Source of the DNA: Octopus sinensis
Taxonomy: Eukaryota
Assembly: GCF_006345805.1 (NCBI RefSeq)
Contig: NC_043009.1
Coordinates: 6,820,001-6,884,000, forward strand
Length of the DNA stretch: 64,000 nt
Direction of reading: 5' to 3'
A model generated the notes under the pieces. The model made no database searches. It was not told the DNA's origin and saw nothing but the letters and a program-made list of their open reading frames with translations. Positions 12,800-27,403 of the stretch are shown piece by piece; within the stretch, counting starts at the first letter, position 1; every line of letters starts with the position of its first letter. The translations under genes and the position numbers were made by a program.

Positions 12800-13098
12800 T
12801 GGGAGTAGCTGTGTGGTAGGTAGCTTGCTTACCTGCGCGGCACCTTGGGCAAGTGTCTTCTACTATAGCCTCGGGCCGACCGAAGCCTTGTGAGTGGATT
12901 TGATAGACGGAAACTGAGAGAAGCCCGTCGTATATATGTATATATATGTATGATGCGTGTATATGTTTGTTTATCCGTGTTTGTTCCCACCAACATCGCT
13001 TGACAGCCGATGCTGGTGTGTTTACGTCACCGTAACTTAGCGGTTCGACAAAAGAAACCGAAAGAATAAGTACTAGGCTCACAAAGAATAAGCCCCTC
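12800..13098 (+). mobile_element. SINE family B copy
   Basis: Matches family B body including internal TA/TG tract. Confidence 0.85.
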
Positions 13099-13922
13099 CT
13101 CAACAGCTCGACACTCGGCGTGGTGTGTTTCAGAGATCGATAGAACGAATACTAGGCTTAACATGAAATACTGGTGTGGCGGGGTGGGGCGACTGAATTG
13201 ACTGAATGCTCTTCAAAGTGTTGCCTGAGCCTGACCGCAGTTTAATGAGTAAAACAAGAAGAAAATAAAGAACATTTCTCTTTTGAGGCCTGGCAATTAA
13301 TTCGATTTAATTAGAATATATTTAAGAGCCTTGTATTTTCATCTTGTCTGTATCATTTTAGTTGTTTTTAAAGGGTAAGTAGCATTTGCCTTATCCTGTA
13401 CATCTCAGCCTTCATATCTGTTAAAAAGACAAGATAGCTGATCTGAGGCACAACAATTAAAAGAAGCCAACAAGGGTAATCTTAAAGAAAGAGACAGAAA
13501 GTTTGGGAATAAACAGACAGAAACAAACTCTGCGTGAATTATTTCAGTCAGGCGAATGGATTGCAATGAAAATACTTTCATTCAGTCAGCAGGGAATGAG
13601 ACGATTTGGCACGACTTCCTGTATATTGAACCTGTTATGGCGACAGTATTTTTTTGGCACCAGAGGAAAGCGCGCGCGCACACACACATACACATGTTTG
13701 CACGCACGCAGGCGCACCAAACAATATATATATATACGGAGAGATAGATATAGCTAGGTAGATAAATAGGTAGATAGATGGATAAAGAGGGAAAGAGAAG
13801 GAGCGGAAGGAAAAGAGAAGGAGAGAGAGGGAGAGAGACATCGCAAATTATTCGTTGTAACCGATTGAAATAAACACTTCTCTCTCCTAGTAACAAATAA
13901 GGAGAAATATGCTCAAACACAT

Positions 13923-13960
<38 letters not shown>

Positions 13961-14250
13961 GACAATGAGGGAGAGAGAGAGGGGACGTAGAGTGTTAACG
14001 GTAGAAGACTTAAAGTGTATATAAAATAAACGAGTGCCACAAATACATCGTCTTTTCACGTACGCATAAAGAAAATACACACATACGAGAGAGTGAGCGA
14101 GAAAGAGAGAATGAGATGAAGAGAGAGACATAGAAAGAACGAGACAGAGAAAGAGAGAGAGAGAGGGCATACAGACAGAAAGAGAGACAAACAGATAGAC
14201 ACAGAAGCATGTTTATGGCAAGGTGAGGGGTCTTTTAAGAAAAATATATA

Positions 14251-14761
14251 CAGTAATTCCTCGCCATATCGTGGTTCACCTATCGCGGTTTATTATTTAA
14301 GCTCACGTCGATTCCTCCGGGGTGGTGTTTTTGTATTTATAATGGCCTAGTGGTTAGAGCTGCGGACTCGCGGTCAAGGGATCGCGGGTTCGAACCTCAG
14401 ACCGGGCGATGTGTGTGTTTATGAGTGAAACACCTAAGCTCCACGCGGCTCCGGCAGAAAGTAATGGCGAATTTCTGCTGACTCTTTCACCACAACTTTC
14501 TCTCACTCTTTCCTCCTGCATCTTGCAGCTCACCTGCGACCGACCGGCGTCCCGTCCAGGTGGGGAACCTATACGCCAAGGAAACCGGGAAACCGGCCCT
14601 TATGAGCCAGGCATTGCTCCAGTAGGGACAAACAACAAATATATACAAATTATAAACATAATAAAAAATATAGACAGTACAGTACTCTTTCTACTTCACA
14701 GATTTTCACCTATCGCGGTGAGTTTTGGAACGTAACACTCGCGGTAGTCGAGGGATTACTG
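14251..14761. mobile_element. Tc1/mariner-pogo (Tigger-like) MITE with TA target duplication, interrupted by a SINE
   Basis: TA|CAGTAATTCCTCG ... CGAGGGATTACTG|TA terminal inverted repeats; TTCACCTATCGCGG near both ends. Confidence 0.8.
14341..14640 (+). mobile_element. tRNA-derived SINE nested in the MITE
   Basis: A-box TGGCCTAGTGG, B-box GGTTCGAACC; 5' ~175 bp shared with the 3079 SINE; tail ends ACAAACAACAA. Confidence 0.85.
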
Positions 14762-16604
14762 TAAATGCTCCCTGTCTCTCACTCTCATCGATTTTTTCAG
14801 CTCACCAGTCAAAATTTAAATTCACGGTCAGTTCTACTTTGTCCAGAGATGTACAGGAATCAAACGCGAGGAAAATGTTCTTTTCCATATTTCGTCAATA
14901 CTTCACCCAACCACCATAAATGTAAATTGAAGCAGAATGCTAAACGAAATTTAACTGTCGCGTAGTTCCATAGCAGTGATTGCAAGGCAGCTGACAACTA
15001 GAATAAAAACAAAATATTTACGTCATCAAAAGGTCCCAGGAACAGAACACCTGATGTCAAATATCTTCAAGGTCGGATAGGTGACGGCAAGGCCCAACGG
15101 CTGGACCAAAACATTTTATAGTCAGCAAGGACCGGTGAGCAACATAATTTTTCCCGGTGGATAGAAAGCTAGCCAACTTCAGCTAACATTTTCGATTGGT
15201 CTGTTACATGTTAGTGAACAGTTGAATGATCTGAGATGCATAGAAACTCATACACTATAGAAGTTTACTCGTGAGATTTCAACTTTATAACGTTTATCTT
15301 CTACTTCGATACAGGGCCACTTAAATTCTTCGATATTGATTTAGGATAAATGATATTTCAAGGAAATTTTACGTAATATTCTGTAGCACTCATGAATAAA
15401 TTAATTCGATTTAGGAATATAATTTCACTGTTGCTCTGAAGAAAATTTGGGATAATAACCCCTAGAGAAGAATTCACGTCTGAAAATATCGATCATCATA
15501 TAAAACCTTGTTGTCTCATTATGCACCAATACAATAAGAACTGCAAAAGTTCTTTCTTGTGGTTTGCTAGTGCATTAGTTACTATTCAATTTGGACCATT
15601 CCGATATTCCGACGTTCTCTCTGGTGACCATAATCTCAAAAATGTTTTACAATATGGATAGCAATAGAATAATTAATTTTATAAAGTGTAAAGTGTGTTT
15701 CGTAATTTTCTTCGTACACCAACTCTTAGATCTACATCACCAGACACTTATACATAAAAACGACCGGAATAGAAAAGCTTCTATAGAAGCTTCTACCAGG
15801 GTGGTCGTTGTTGAGATGCAGCCGCTTAACTACAATGTGTACAGCTCGTGACAGAGCTTCAATTTGCAGTCCCATATACAGACCCAAAAGTACCACCCAA
15901 AAGCACTGTCCGGATCGAACCACACTCGCATAGGCTACAGGGAAAATGATAGATCAGTTAAAGTCAATCGCAATCCGTCAGATATCTTTCTCGAATATTC
16001 TCTTTTGCATGTTCTCTCTAAGAAATAACTGTACCCATGTAACTCCTTTAAGATAGAAGCTAGAAATGTATTTTATATACAATCAGAACATTTACCTTTC
16101 GTTCGAGAGTCAATTAAATATTTTTGTCTACATGATAGAGTCTAGCACCTTAAATATGTGCGTTGATAGATTCGATTTTTCACTTCATGCTTGGAACCAT
16201 TTCCTAATCATTATGCTTTTAGGAAAGGTATGAATCTCTTCCAGTCTAGCTCCGCCTTTCTATAAATTCCTGGCCTTGTTCCAAAGTAACAAATCAAGTT
16301 ATAATTTTGCCACAGTTTGTTTATATTAAAGCTACTAAAGTTGGCGCTGTTTGAAACATTATCTTGTATAGTGGTAATTTCATGTTATAACGCTGTCTGT
16401 GGCATGTTTATCGTTCTCAAATGATATTTCATTTTACGAATTCCGGCTCAGTTATTGGCATTAGATAGAGTTTGATGTAAAATCTGTTACTTTAAGTATT
16501 GCTATTAATACTGCTACTATCTGTATTGCCGTTAGTGTCTGGCCGGTGGGTTGTCCGCTGTATTAGTGTGTCGAACGAAATACTTTGCAACATTAAACAA
16601 GGTG

Positions 16605-17190
16605 AAGGCGGTGAATTAGCAGACTCGTTAAGACGCCGGGCAAAGAGGCTTAGCGGTATTTCGTCTGCCGTTACGTTCTGAGTTCAAATTCCGCCGAAGT
16701 CGACTTTGCCTTTCATACTTTCGGGGTCGATAAATTTAGTACCAGTTGTGCACTGGGGTCGATGTAATTGACTTAATCCTTTTGTCTGCCCTTTTTTCTC
16801 CCCTCTGTGTTTAGCCCCTTGTGGGTAATAAAGAAATAGGTATTTCGTCTGCCGCTACGTTCTGAGTTCAAATTCCGCCGAGGTCGACTTTGCCTTTCAT
16901 CCTTTCGGGGTCGATAAATTTAGTACCAGTTGTGCACTGGGGTCGATGTAATTGACTTAATCCTTTTGTCTGCCCTTTTTTGTCCCCTCTGTGTTTAGCC
17001 CCTTGTGGGTAATAAAGAAATAGGTATTTCGTCCGTCGTTACGTTTTGAGTTCTAATTCCGCCGAGGTCGACTTTGCCTTTCTTTCCGGGTTCCATAAAA
17101 TAAGCGCCAGCTGAATACCGGAAATGATGCAACCGACTTACCCACTTCCTCCGAAATTGCTGGCTTTGTACCAAGTTTTAAACCGATATA
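16605..17190 (+). repeat. SINE family A head followed by 184-bp tandem units
   Basis: GGTATTTCGTC unit starts at 16655, 16839, 17023 (184-bp spacing). Confidence 0.9.
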
Positions 17191-17224
17191 TAGTTCGGTA
17201 ATTCATGTTCAGCGTTCAAATCCA

Positions 17225-17400
17225 TGCTGCAGTTCCACTTCTTGGGTCAAGTCGATAAAATTGATCCTAGTACTTATTTTAATATTTGGTACTTATGCTA
17301 TTGGTCTCCTTCGCCGAACCGCTAATGGTGACGTGAACAAACCAACACCGGTTACTAAGCGATGTAGGGGATATACACACGCAGATATACACACACATAT
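17225..17400 (-). mobile_element. SINE family B 3' fragment
   Basis: GGTCTCCTTCGCCGAACCGCTAA...ACACCGGTT similar to reverse complement of family B. Confidence 0.6.
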
Positions 17401-17657
17401 AATCCATAAGTTGAGCTATAATAAAAAGAATTAATAATGATTGACTCAGGTTCGCTCTTATCCCTGGTAGAATTTCTGAGGGCAGCAAGTGACTACCTGT
17501 AACCCTAGGTATCAACTAACTTTCAATGATCATTCCAACCTGATCTTTCTTCAAGTACAGCCGGTTGGTATCAACTTTCGGATGGTGAGTTCCAAAAATT
17601 GTCAACAGCTTTCTAATTCATAAAAGAATTATTATCATCATTATTATTATTATTATT

Positions 17658-18103
17658 CAGTAGTTTTATTTTTATAGCGTGCTTTCACTTCACTACCGAG
17701 CGCAGCTCTGTGTGCCTTGGGTATGTGCTGTGATTCGTTGTGATGCTCTGATGGTTATTGTGTGGAAAGTGTTCTGCGTAGGATGTGTGCAGTGCCTAGT
17801 AGTGCAATTTTCTGTATGTTATATGTGTTTGTAAGTCTTGGTGTTTTTGTTATGTATTTGTCTGAATATTTTTTTTATCATGCCTAATGCATCTACTATG
17901 ATAGGAATTGTTTCTGTTTTTAGATTCCACATTCTAGTTACCTCTATTTCCAGGTCTTTGTATTTTGAGAGTTTCTCCATTTCTTTTAGAGACACGTTGT
18001 CATCTGCCGGTATTGATACATCAATTAGAAAGCATTTTTTTTCTTCATGATCTCTGACAACTATATCTGGTCTGTTGGCCTTAATTTCTCTATCTGTGTG
18101 TAT
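17658..18103 (-). mobile_element. R4/Dong-clade non-LTR retrotransposon 3' fragment (RLE domain plus 3'UTR)
   Basis: Minus strand HTDREIKANRPDIVVRDHEEKKCFLIDVSIPADDNVSLKEMEKLSKYKDLEIEVTRMWNLKTETIPIIVDALG...QKIALLGTAHILRRTLSTQ* (stop 17755-17757): PD..D..K..KY endonuclease motif; bounded by (ATT)n. Confidence 0.9.
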
Positions 18104-18109
18104 GTGTGT

Positions 18110-18149
<40 letters not shown>

Positions 18150-18183
18150 TATTATTATTATTATTATCATTATTATTATAATA

Positions 18184-18226
<43 letters not shown>

Positions 18227-18229
<3 letters not shown>

Positions 18230-18508
18230 GTTTGACTTTTGCTTTATATTTGTACAAGTTGGCTCCAAGTCTCACCCAGAGACCTCAAGAGACAACAGGT
18301 TGGAAGTTCATGTTGTTGTTATGCCTAGTGTGCCATATATTTGGGTTTTTTTCTTGGTGTTGTACTAGTGAATGTCTAAAAAAAAAACGAAAATTAGGTT
18401 TGTTTTAAACCTTGAGATTACATAGAAAGTATTTTGCGTAGGATATGAGCAGTTCCCATGAGCACTATCTTTTGAATTTCTGCCATTTTTGGGTTTCCTG
18501 GTATCAGA

Positions 18509-18511
<3 letters not shown>
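18227..18511 (-). mobile_element. Short 3'-end copy of the adjacent Dong-like element
   Basis: Near-identical to 18664-18965; both ends in (ATT)n. Confidence 0.85.
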
Positions 18512-18566
<55 letters not shown>

Positions 18567-18580
18567 TATTATTATTATTT

Positions 18581-18637
<57 letters not shown>

Positions 18638-18663
18638 TATTATTGTTATTATTATTATTATTC

Positions 18664-20572
18664 TATGTTTGACTTTTGCTTTATATGTACAAGTTGGCTC
18701 CAAGTCTCACCCAGAGACCTCAAGAGACAACAGGTTGGAAGTTCCTGTTGTTGTTATGCCTAGTGTGCCATATATTTGGGGGGTGGGGATGTTTACTAAT
18801 GAATGTCTAAAAAAAAAAAAAGGTTTGTTTTTTTTTTAAACCGAAAATTATGTTTGTTTTAAACCTTGAGATTACATAGAGAGTATTTTGCGTAGGATAT
18901 GAGCAGTTCCCATGAGCACTATCTTTTGAACTTCTGCCATTTTTGGGTTTCCTGGTATCTGAGTTAGGTAGCGATCAGCCCCTTTTGCTATCATACCCAG
19001 GGCACCTATGACAACAGGTAGTGTTTTAGTCTTCAGCTTCCACATTTTGCTGATTTCTATTTCAAAATCTTTATATTTGCTCAGTTTTTGGTAGGTCTTG
19101 ACAGATACGTTATATCGATTGGGACAGTCATATCAATGAGGAGGCATGTTCTTTGTTTGAAGTCTTTCAATATGATGTCTGGCCTATTTGCATCTATCTT
19201 CTGTCAGTTTGAATGGTGAAGTTCCAGAGGAGTGAGATGTGGTCATTTTCAAGCACTGGGGGTGGTTTGTGTCCCACCAGTTTTTTCATGGGGCAAATCC
19301 AGGTTTTTACAGATTACCCAGTGAATATATTGTGCAGCTCTATCGTGCCCGTTGAGATACTATGTAGGCGCTAGAAAACTGCACTTGGAGACCACATGGT
19401 CAATGGTTTCATTTTGTTGCTTGCATACACGACACGTTGGACTGCTTCTGATCTTTAATATGTTGGCCTGGTAGTTTCTTGTTGGTAGGCATTGATCTTG
19501 AGCTGCTATGATAAACCCCTCCGTTTCAGATTTTAAGCCAGAGGCCATTAGCCATTGATGGGTCAGGGCTTTGTCGATATCTGCATTATTCGCTCTCTTT
19601 GGGTATTTGCCATAGAGAGGTTTTTCTTGCCATTTATTATTCAGAATATCTAAGGCCGCAGTTTTGGCACGGGTTTTCATGCGCCTAGCTTTTTCTGTGC
19701 TTGTTTCTTGTATATCTATCTCTAATTCCGAAATTGGTGTATTCGGAATTCACTTAGATATTCCTTTGCCTGTTTTGTGACTGAGTATGATGCTTTCTTG
19801 TTTTCATGTTTTGAGACAAGTTTTAGCATCCAGTCCTCAGAGTTTTTCAGGTAGGTGTCTAGGTCAATTGTAGCAATCTTCATGTTATTGCCAGTTGCAA
19901 AAGACCACGGCCTCCCTCTTTTCTTGGCAGATAGAGTCGTTCTGTATCTGCCTTAGGGTGGTGCATTCTATGCATTGTCAACAGTTTCCTTATTTTTCTG
20001 TCGAGCTGACATATTTCAGTAATTGACCAGTAACAATATTGAAACTGTAAGTCACGACTGGTATAGCTAATGCATTGATGCTTCGATCCTGTTTCTTGCA
20101 TTCAGCTCTGTCTTGAGTATTGCTCTCACTCTTCGATAGCATTCTCTCCTGATCCTTTCCTTCATCTCTGAATGCCTTATTCCGTTGCCTTCAATTACCC
20201 CTAGGTACTTGTAGCTCTCCGCTGGGTCTAGTTCTTTTATGACATTCTGTGGTCAAGGTTAACGTTAGATGTTTCTGTCATTTTTCCTTTGATAAAGGTA
20301 GCCTTTGCACATTTATCGAGGCCGAATTGCATTCTGATGTCGTCACTGAATTGTTTGACTATCGCTAGTAAGCCCTTGAGTTGTTGATCATTTTTGCAAA
20401 AAGCTTTAAATCATCCATGTAAACGAGATGATTTTATTTTTATCAAACATTTTATACCCGTACTGCGCGTCATTGAGCAGCTTTGAGAGAGGTATTAAGG
20501 ATAAACGAAAGAGGAGTGGTGACAGTGAGTCACCCTGGAAAATGCCACACGAAATTTTTACATCACCAGCAT
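18664..20572 (-). mobile_element. 5'-truncated R4/Dong-clade non-LTR retrotransposon (RT, CCHC knuckle, RLE), with frameshifts and stops
   Basis: GIFQGDSLSPLLF and YMDD (RT); RLYLPRKEGGRGLL; ETEGFIIAAQDQ; CRVC..ETIDHVVSKC; NRPDIILKD..LIDMTVP..KLSKYKD; both ends in (ATT)n. Confidence 0.93.
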
Positions 20573-20584
20573 TTATTATTATTA

Positions 20585-20635
<51 letters not shown>

Positions 20636-20651
20636 CATCATTATTATTATT

Positions 20652-20916
20652 AAAAGAAAACTCAGGTTTGGATTTATGTAGTAGCGGGTTACTACGTGTA
20701 ACCTTAGGTATCCGCACGTTTTCGGCAGTCTTTCATGTGCTTAGAACCTTCCTGATAACCCTTGCTGTCCTTTAAGAGGCAAACCTTATGTAGGAGCTCT
20801 ACCGGGTATTCTATTTCAATCTCCTTCAGACATTTGTCTATATTTTGGCCTACTGTTCCAAACATACCAATTATTATGGGCACAACCTTTACTGTTCGCA
20901 TTCTCTAAATTGTTCT
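20652..20916 (-). mobile_element. 3' fragment of another R4/Dong-like family
   Basis: VKVVPIIIGMFGTV...LLHKVCLL matches the post-RLE motif PIIVGALG..QK..LLGTA; flanked by (ATT)n. Confidence 0.65.
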
Positions 20917-21934
<1,018 letters not shown>

Positions 21935-22220
21935 GTGAAAGCGCATGGTTCAGTGGGTAGAGCGTTGAGCTTACGATCGTGAGGTTGTGAGCTCGAATCC
22001 CAGACCGGGCTGCGTGTTGTGTTCGTGAGCAAGGTACTATATTTCACGTTGCTCTAGTTCACTCAGCTGTAGAAATGAGTTGCGACGTCACAGGTGCCAA
22101 GATGTATCGGCCTTTGCCTTTCCCTTGGATAACAATGTTGGCATGGAGAGGGGAGGCCGGTATAGATGGGCGACTGCTGGTTTTCCATAAACAGCCTTGC
22201 CCGGACTTGTGCCTGGGACA
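21935..22220 (+). mobile_element. SINE family C copy (tRNA-derived)
   Basis: TGGTTCAGTGG A-box, GAGCTCGAATCC B-box; close match to 34302-34460. Confidence 0.85.
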
Positions 22221-22369
22221 GTGACAGCCCAGTGCTCCTGGGTTCGAATCAGAGTAAAGTTGCTACCATATTTAAACAGTTTTAAAATTACATCAAACTA
22301 ATGAAATACCTTAAGAAACATTCCTTACAATTCCTGACTCTGTTGTATAGCTGGGAGTATATTGTGAGG

Positions 22370-22600
22370 GGAGGCACGTGGCAGAGTGTTTAGGGTGTAA
22401 GACTGTGGTTTCGATCCCTGGACCGGGCGACGCGCTGTGTTCTCGAGCACATCACTTCCACTCACGTTGCTCCTATCAGCTGGCAAAAATGCGTAATTCT
22501 ACGACGGACCGACGTCCTGTCCAGGTGGGGAATATAAAACACCATGGAAACCGGGAAACCGGCCGTATGCGTCTTTATGACTGGGGAAAGAACTTTACTT
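22370..22600 (+). mobile_element. Diverged tRNA-derived SINE with GGAAACCGGGAAACCGG tail
   Basis: GGTTTCGATCCC B-box; tail shared with the 14341 SINE and 56140-56367. Confidence 0.6.
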
Positions 22601-23899
22601 TTAGAAGTATAGTGTGAATTGTACGGAAGAGAATGTACGGCATTAAAGCTACAACGTAGAATGACGCACTAAAACAGTGAATAACTTACTCAAATACCAC
22701 GCATTCGAATGCAAATTTCAAGTACATTTTTTTCCTTCAATATATATAATTTTAATTTTTAATTTTTATTTTTATATGAAAATTCTTTTATTCTCTTCAT
22801 CACCTGGTATAAAGATCAAAAGGAGAACTGTGCTCATTTTAATGTAAAATATGCAAACATAAATATTGAATGAAAATATTTCCTTATACGTTACGTCCCT
22901 TATTAGACAAGAGCAAAAACAGTCTATTGATTTTTGGATTACTGTCAAAATGGATTTTGATAAAACTTCATTATAAATATTATGAAGTTGATAAATTCCT
23001 CTTGTATGGAGATTGGTCAACATTGATTTCTTACATTTGTTATGCTTTATATCCTTTATATCTTAATTTTATTTTCTTTCGAGCCCGTGTTTGAGTCACT
23101 AAGATTTCCTTTGAAATTATGGATTTGTTTATGCCATTATCCAATCCCATTCTTCGACATTTCTAAAAGGAATTAAAGAATCTGCTTTCTAATGGCTTCC
23201 ACTAAACATATACAGATGTTTACATCCATGTTTGTACAATTTTGACTATCAAATTTATCCGCCATCCTCGCATAAACAGTCGCGAATAAATATTGAAAAA
23301 TCGAAAGAAAAGAAGCGTAAATTCATTATTAATTCATCGGCAAAAGAAAAAGAAATGACGAAAGTAATATTTATATGATAAACCTTCTAAAGGGAAACAC
23401 AAGGCAACATGCTATAATAAAACAGTAATCAATATGATGAATGAAATATGCAGTAAAAACTACGACAAAGTATTCCAAGCACATTCGAATATAGAGATGT
23501 GAGAATATATAAAGAGAAATATATAAAAATGAGTTTAAATAAAGAAGAACGGACAGAAGTGAAATATTTAAGTGAGATCAACTAGAAGGAAAAAATGAAG
23601 GTAGGATTAAATGAAGAAATATAATAAAGGAGAAAGCAGAATAATTAAAAATGGACTAAGAGTTAAAGTTAATTACAATGCGTGCGTAAAAGGCTTATAT
23701 GAAATGCTATGAAAGATAAAAACAAAAGATAGAAATATACTGTAGTAAAAAGAAGGAACCAAACCAAAAATGGAATGGGAAGAATATAAAAAGGACTAGG
23801 CATAGAAAGTGAAGTTTTCCGGCAGAAAATATCATCTGAAAGGAATGGCTGTAGAATTCAGCTAATATCTTAAGATGTGAAAGCAATATAACTTTTTAA

Positions 23900-24560
23900 T
23901 TCTAGCACAAGGCCAGTAATTTTGTGGGAAGGGAGTTTAAGTACTGGAATCAATTACATCGACCCCAGTATTTCACTGGTACTTATTTCATCGATCCTGA
24001 AAGAATGAAAAGCAGAGTCGACCTCAGCAGAATCTTAAATCAGACGTAAAGAGCCGGAAGAAATGCTCTTAGGTATTTTATCCAACATGTTAACGACTCT
24101 ATCAGCTCGCCAGCCTTTGAAGATAAAATATTACTGTAAAGGAAGAAATGGAATTAGAATATATATGAAGCATTCAAAAGAAATATTGGTTTCAAATTTT
24201 GGCACAAATCGATTATATCGATCACATTGCTCAACTGTTACTTATTTTACTGACCTCGATGAAATGCAAAGTAGACTTCGGTGTAATTTGGTCTCAGAAC
24301 ATATAAACCGACGAAATTCCTCTAAGCATTTCGTGCTAACGGTTCTTCCACGCCGCCTACTCAGCAACAGTTTGACTAATATCGGTTTCAAATTTTTGCA
24401 CAAGGTCAGCAATTTTTTGGGGAAGAAGTAGTCGATAACCTCGACCCCATTTCTCAACAGGCAACTATTTTATCACCCAAGAAAGGATGAAAGGCAAAGT
24501 CGGCCGCGGTGAAATTTGAACTCAGAACGTAAAGACGGTTGGAATACCGCTAAGCATTGG
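23900..24560 (-). mobile_element. Three consecutive diverged family A SINE copies
   Basis: Repeated TCGACCCC...ACTTATTT...GAAAGG/AAAGTCG...CTCAGAAC blocks. Confidence 0.65.
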
Positions 24561-26342
24561 TTAAGTAATATTGACACTATAAAATTCTATCATAACCTTA
24601 TTATCAATAAATATATCCAGTGCATATTAATAATATAACCAACGATATGAGAGACATATTTATTATTGTCAACATATTGATCTGCTTTGTACTATCATTC
24701 AATATGGATAGATTTATTACTTGGTACATATATACATCTAAAGCAGAATGACTAAACTATTTTTAAATTAAAAAAGCTTATTTACCCAAACAGCATTTCA
24801 AAACACAATTAAAATTAATTACGCGAATCTCGCTCCTCCAGTTTTGAAGTATATTAAACATATATAGATTACTGGAAAAGACAATACTTTTCCAATTCCG
24901 AAATTTTTTTGGGACATAGTACGCATTGACTGAGATTATGGATGCTAAGCAATTAGGATTACGAATGATCTAAACAACGAAAAGTAGGCCAGAAACAACG
25001 TTCACCGGATTACATTTTGAGTATTATTGTTTATGATATCATATAGTACGTAATGGAATTATATACTATAGTCGCAAACCAGGCAATTGAATAACATATT
25101 GCTACATTTTGCAAATACGGTTTAAGAATCAAAATTCTTGGACTGGTTTATCCGATGTAACACATATGCTCAAATATAATTGATTGAGAATATACTATTA
25201 ATAATAATAATAGCTTCCACGCCTTTGAACTTCAGATCTTTCTCATTTAATAGTCTAATAACTGTGATATCCATTCGGAGGTAGTAGTGATGGTGGTGGT
25301 GGTTGTGGTGGTGGTAGTGGTGGTGGTGGAGGGTGGCGTCGGGAAATGGTGGAGGGTTGGGAAGTTATTGTGTATGCAACAGTCTCTTGGCAGCGAAAGC
25401 CAGAACGTGAAGGACAATTATACTCGACTCCGTCAATTCAAGTCAAACCCGACATCTGTTGAAGAAAATTATCTCTTCTATACCAGAACACAATTGAAAA
25501 TAGCAAAATTTTTGCAAAGAAAACCAACGGACAACATAACTTACATTGTTTGATATACACATTTATAAAACAATGGAGGACAAATCGAAAAAGTTATCAG
25601 TTTGGCCCATATGTGAGATGTATAAAGAGGCATTTTTCTCTGTAACGTCTATTTTATTTTTTTCCTTTTTTCTTTTTCAATATAACGAATTCTGGGCAAA
25701 CAATGTATCAATCGATAATAATTATTCTTCTATGTTGTATTTCGCTCGCAGATAAGCAGTTTTAGGAAACCTTTTCTCACCACCCACTCTAAAGACCTTT
25801 GACCTTCTAATTGATTACCATTCCTTAATAGATTAGTGTCAAAAACAACATTATATATCACCTTTGATAGCAACAGTTTATTCCTTAACAACCAACAACA
25901 CATTTTACCGCTTTTCACATGGCGTAGCCATATTCTTTTGCATTCATTTTTCGTTTTTGTTTGCTATTGTTCGTCTTCCTTTCTCTCCATTCACTTTAGT
26001 CATCCTCATCACTATCCTCCTATTCCTCCTCCTCCTCCTTTTCTTCCACATCAGCATCATCGCCACCATCATCATAATCGACCTCGCCGTCGTCGGCGGC
26101 GGTGGCGGCGCCGACATCATCTCTGCACCGTGATATTTATTTTTCTTTTCCATCATAACTTGACTAATTTGATAACTTATACCTTTTCTTTCTGCATTTC
26201 TCTCTCCCTCCCTCTCTCTCACACTCCCTCTCTCTCTCGCTACTTTTCTCATCGTTTTTCTTTGTTTCATACATTCTCTATTTTACCAATTTCATAATTA
26301 TTATTTCACCTTATCACACGCACACACTCAGAAACACACACA

Positions 26343-26380
<38 letters not shown>

Positions 26381-26625
26381 TCTTCCACATCTCCTCTTTC
26401 CATCTCATTGGCTCTCACGCTACCATTCTAACTGACTTTCTATATTTTACCTAATTAATGATTCTAATCATTAACGCCAGGCCCATCACTAACTTTTGAG
26501 AGTCTGAAAAAAGTTTATTCACAAATTACAATACAAAAATTCCGTTACCCAAAATCGATTAAGAATTGGAAAAGGAAACTATAGAACAAAGAACAAAAAG
26601 AAAAAACGAAACCTGAGCAAAGGTA

Positions 26626-26706
<81 letters not shown>

Positions 26707-26834
26707 AACGAAACGAAAACATAAACACAAAACCAAGGAAATGGACATTTTTCTTAAACAACATATATATATATATAGGACACCAAAAGTGTACGTACGC
26801 CGCCGAATGTATATATATATATATAGATATATAT

Positions 26835-27095
26835 GTAGATATAAAACAAAACAGAAAATGGAACAAGAACATTACAGGAGACAACAAAACATCTAGATAG
26901 CTAGACAATACAAAAAAGGACAGGAAAAAACAAGGACGGGTCATTCGGAGATTTCTTTTGTCAGTCGAGTTCCAGGTCGCCGTTGCAGCTTCGCCCAGTT
27001 ACTCTCGAGACTACTCCCATCTGGCCGGCCGCAAGAAGATCTAAGCTAAGAGCACTAGATTCTTCGGAAGAAAGGAAGTGAATGTATACGAAAAC
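26835..27095 (-). mobile_element. (TA)n-anchored element end, same family as 28340-28560
   Basis: Shared GACGGGTCATTCG...CTAAGCT...GAATGTA blocks; begins at a TA tract. Confidence 0.6.
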
Positions 27096-27371
27096 ATACA
27101 TGCATGCATACATACATACATATGTATAAACTGGGATTTTCAGAAACAGAAATCAACTGGCTATTTCATACATTATAAGTGCAATCTGTGAATAGAACAG
27201 TAAAAATTTGCAAGACTTTTCTCGAGTTCCAAATGTGAATTAGTCCGTGTTAACTACATCCCAAAGATGGAGCTGGTATCTTTCTTGGAAACGAGTTCCC
27301 TCCTTAGTGGAAGATTTATAATAATTAAAAAATAGAAGAGACATACATACATACATACATACATACATACA

Positions 27372-27403
<32 letters not shown>

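Noticed and set aside
14341-14405. tRNA gene (also at 3079, 21935, 34302)
   Set aside because: A/B boxes are present, but each continues into a multicopy SINE body with no proper acceptor stem or poly-T terminator
15776-15793. 18-bp palindrome AAGCTTCTATAGAAGCTT
   Set aside because: Short and isolated, with no element context or function assignable
22770-23270. Possible decayed coding sequence starting ATGGCGGATAAA on the minus strand
   Set aside because: Early stop and no recognisable motif
25990-26125. GC-rich Pro/His/Arg-rich ORF
   Set aside because: Degenerate trinucleotide low-complexity sequence
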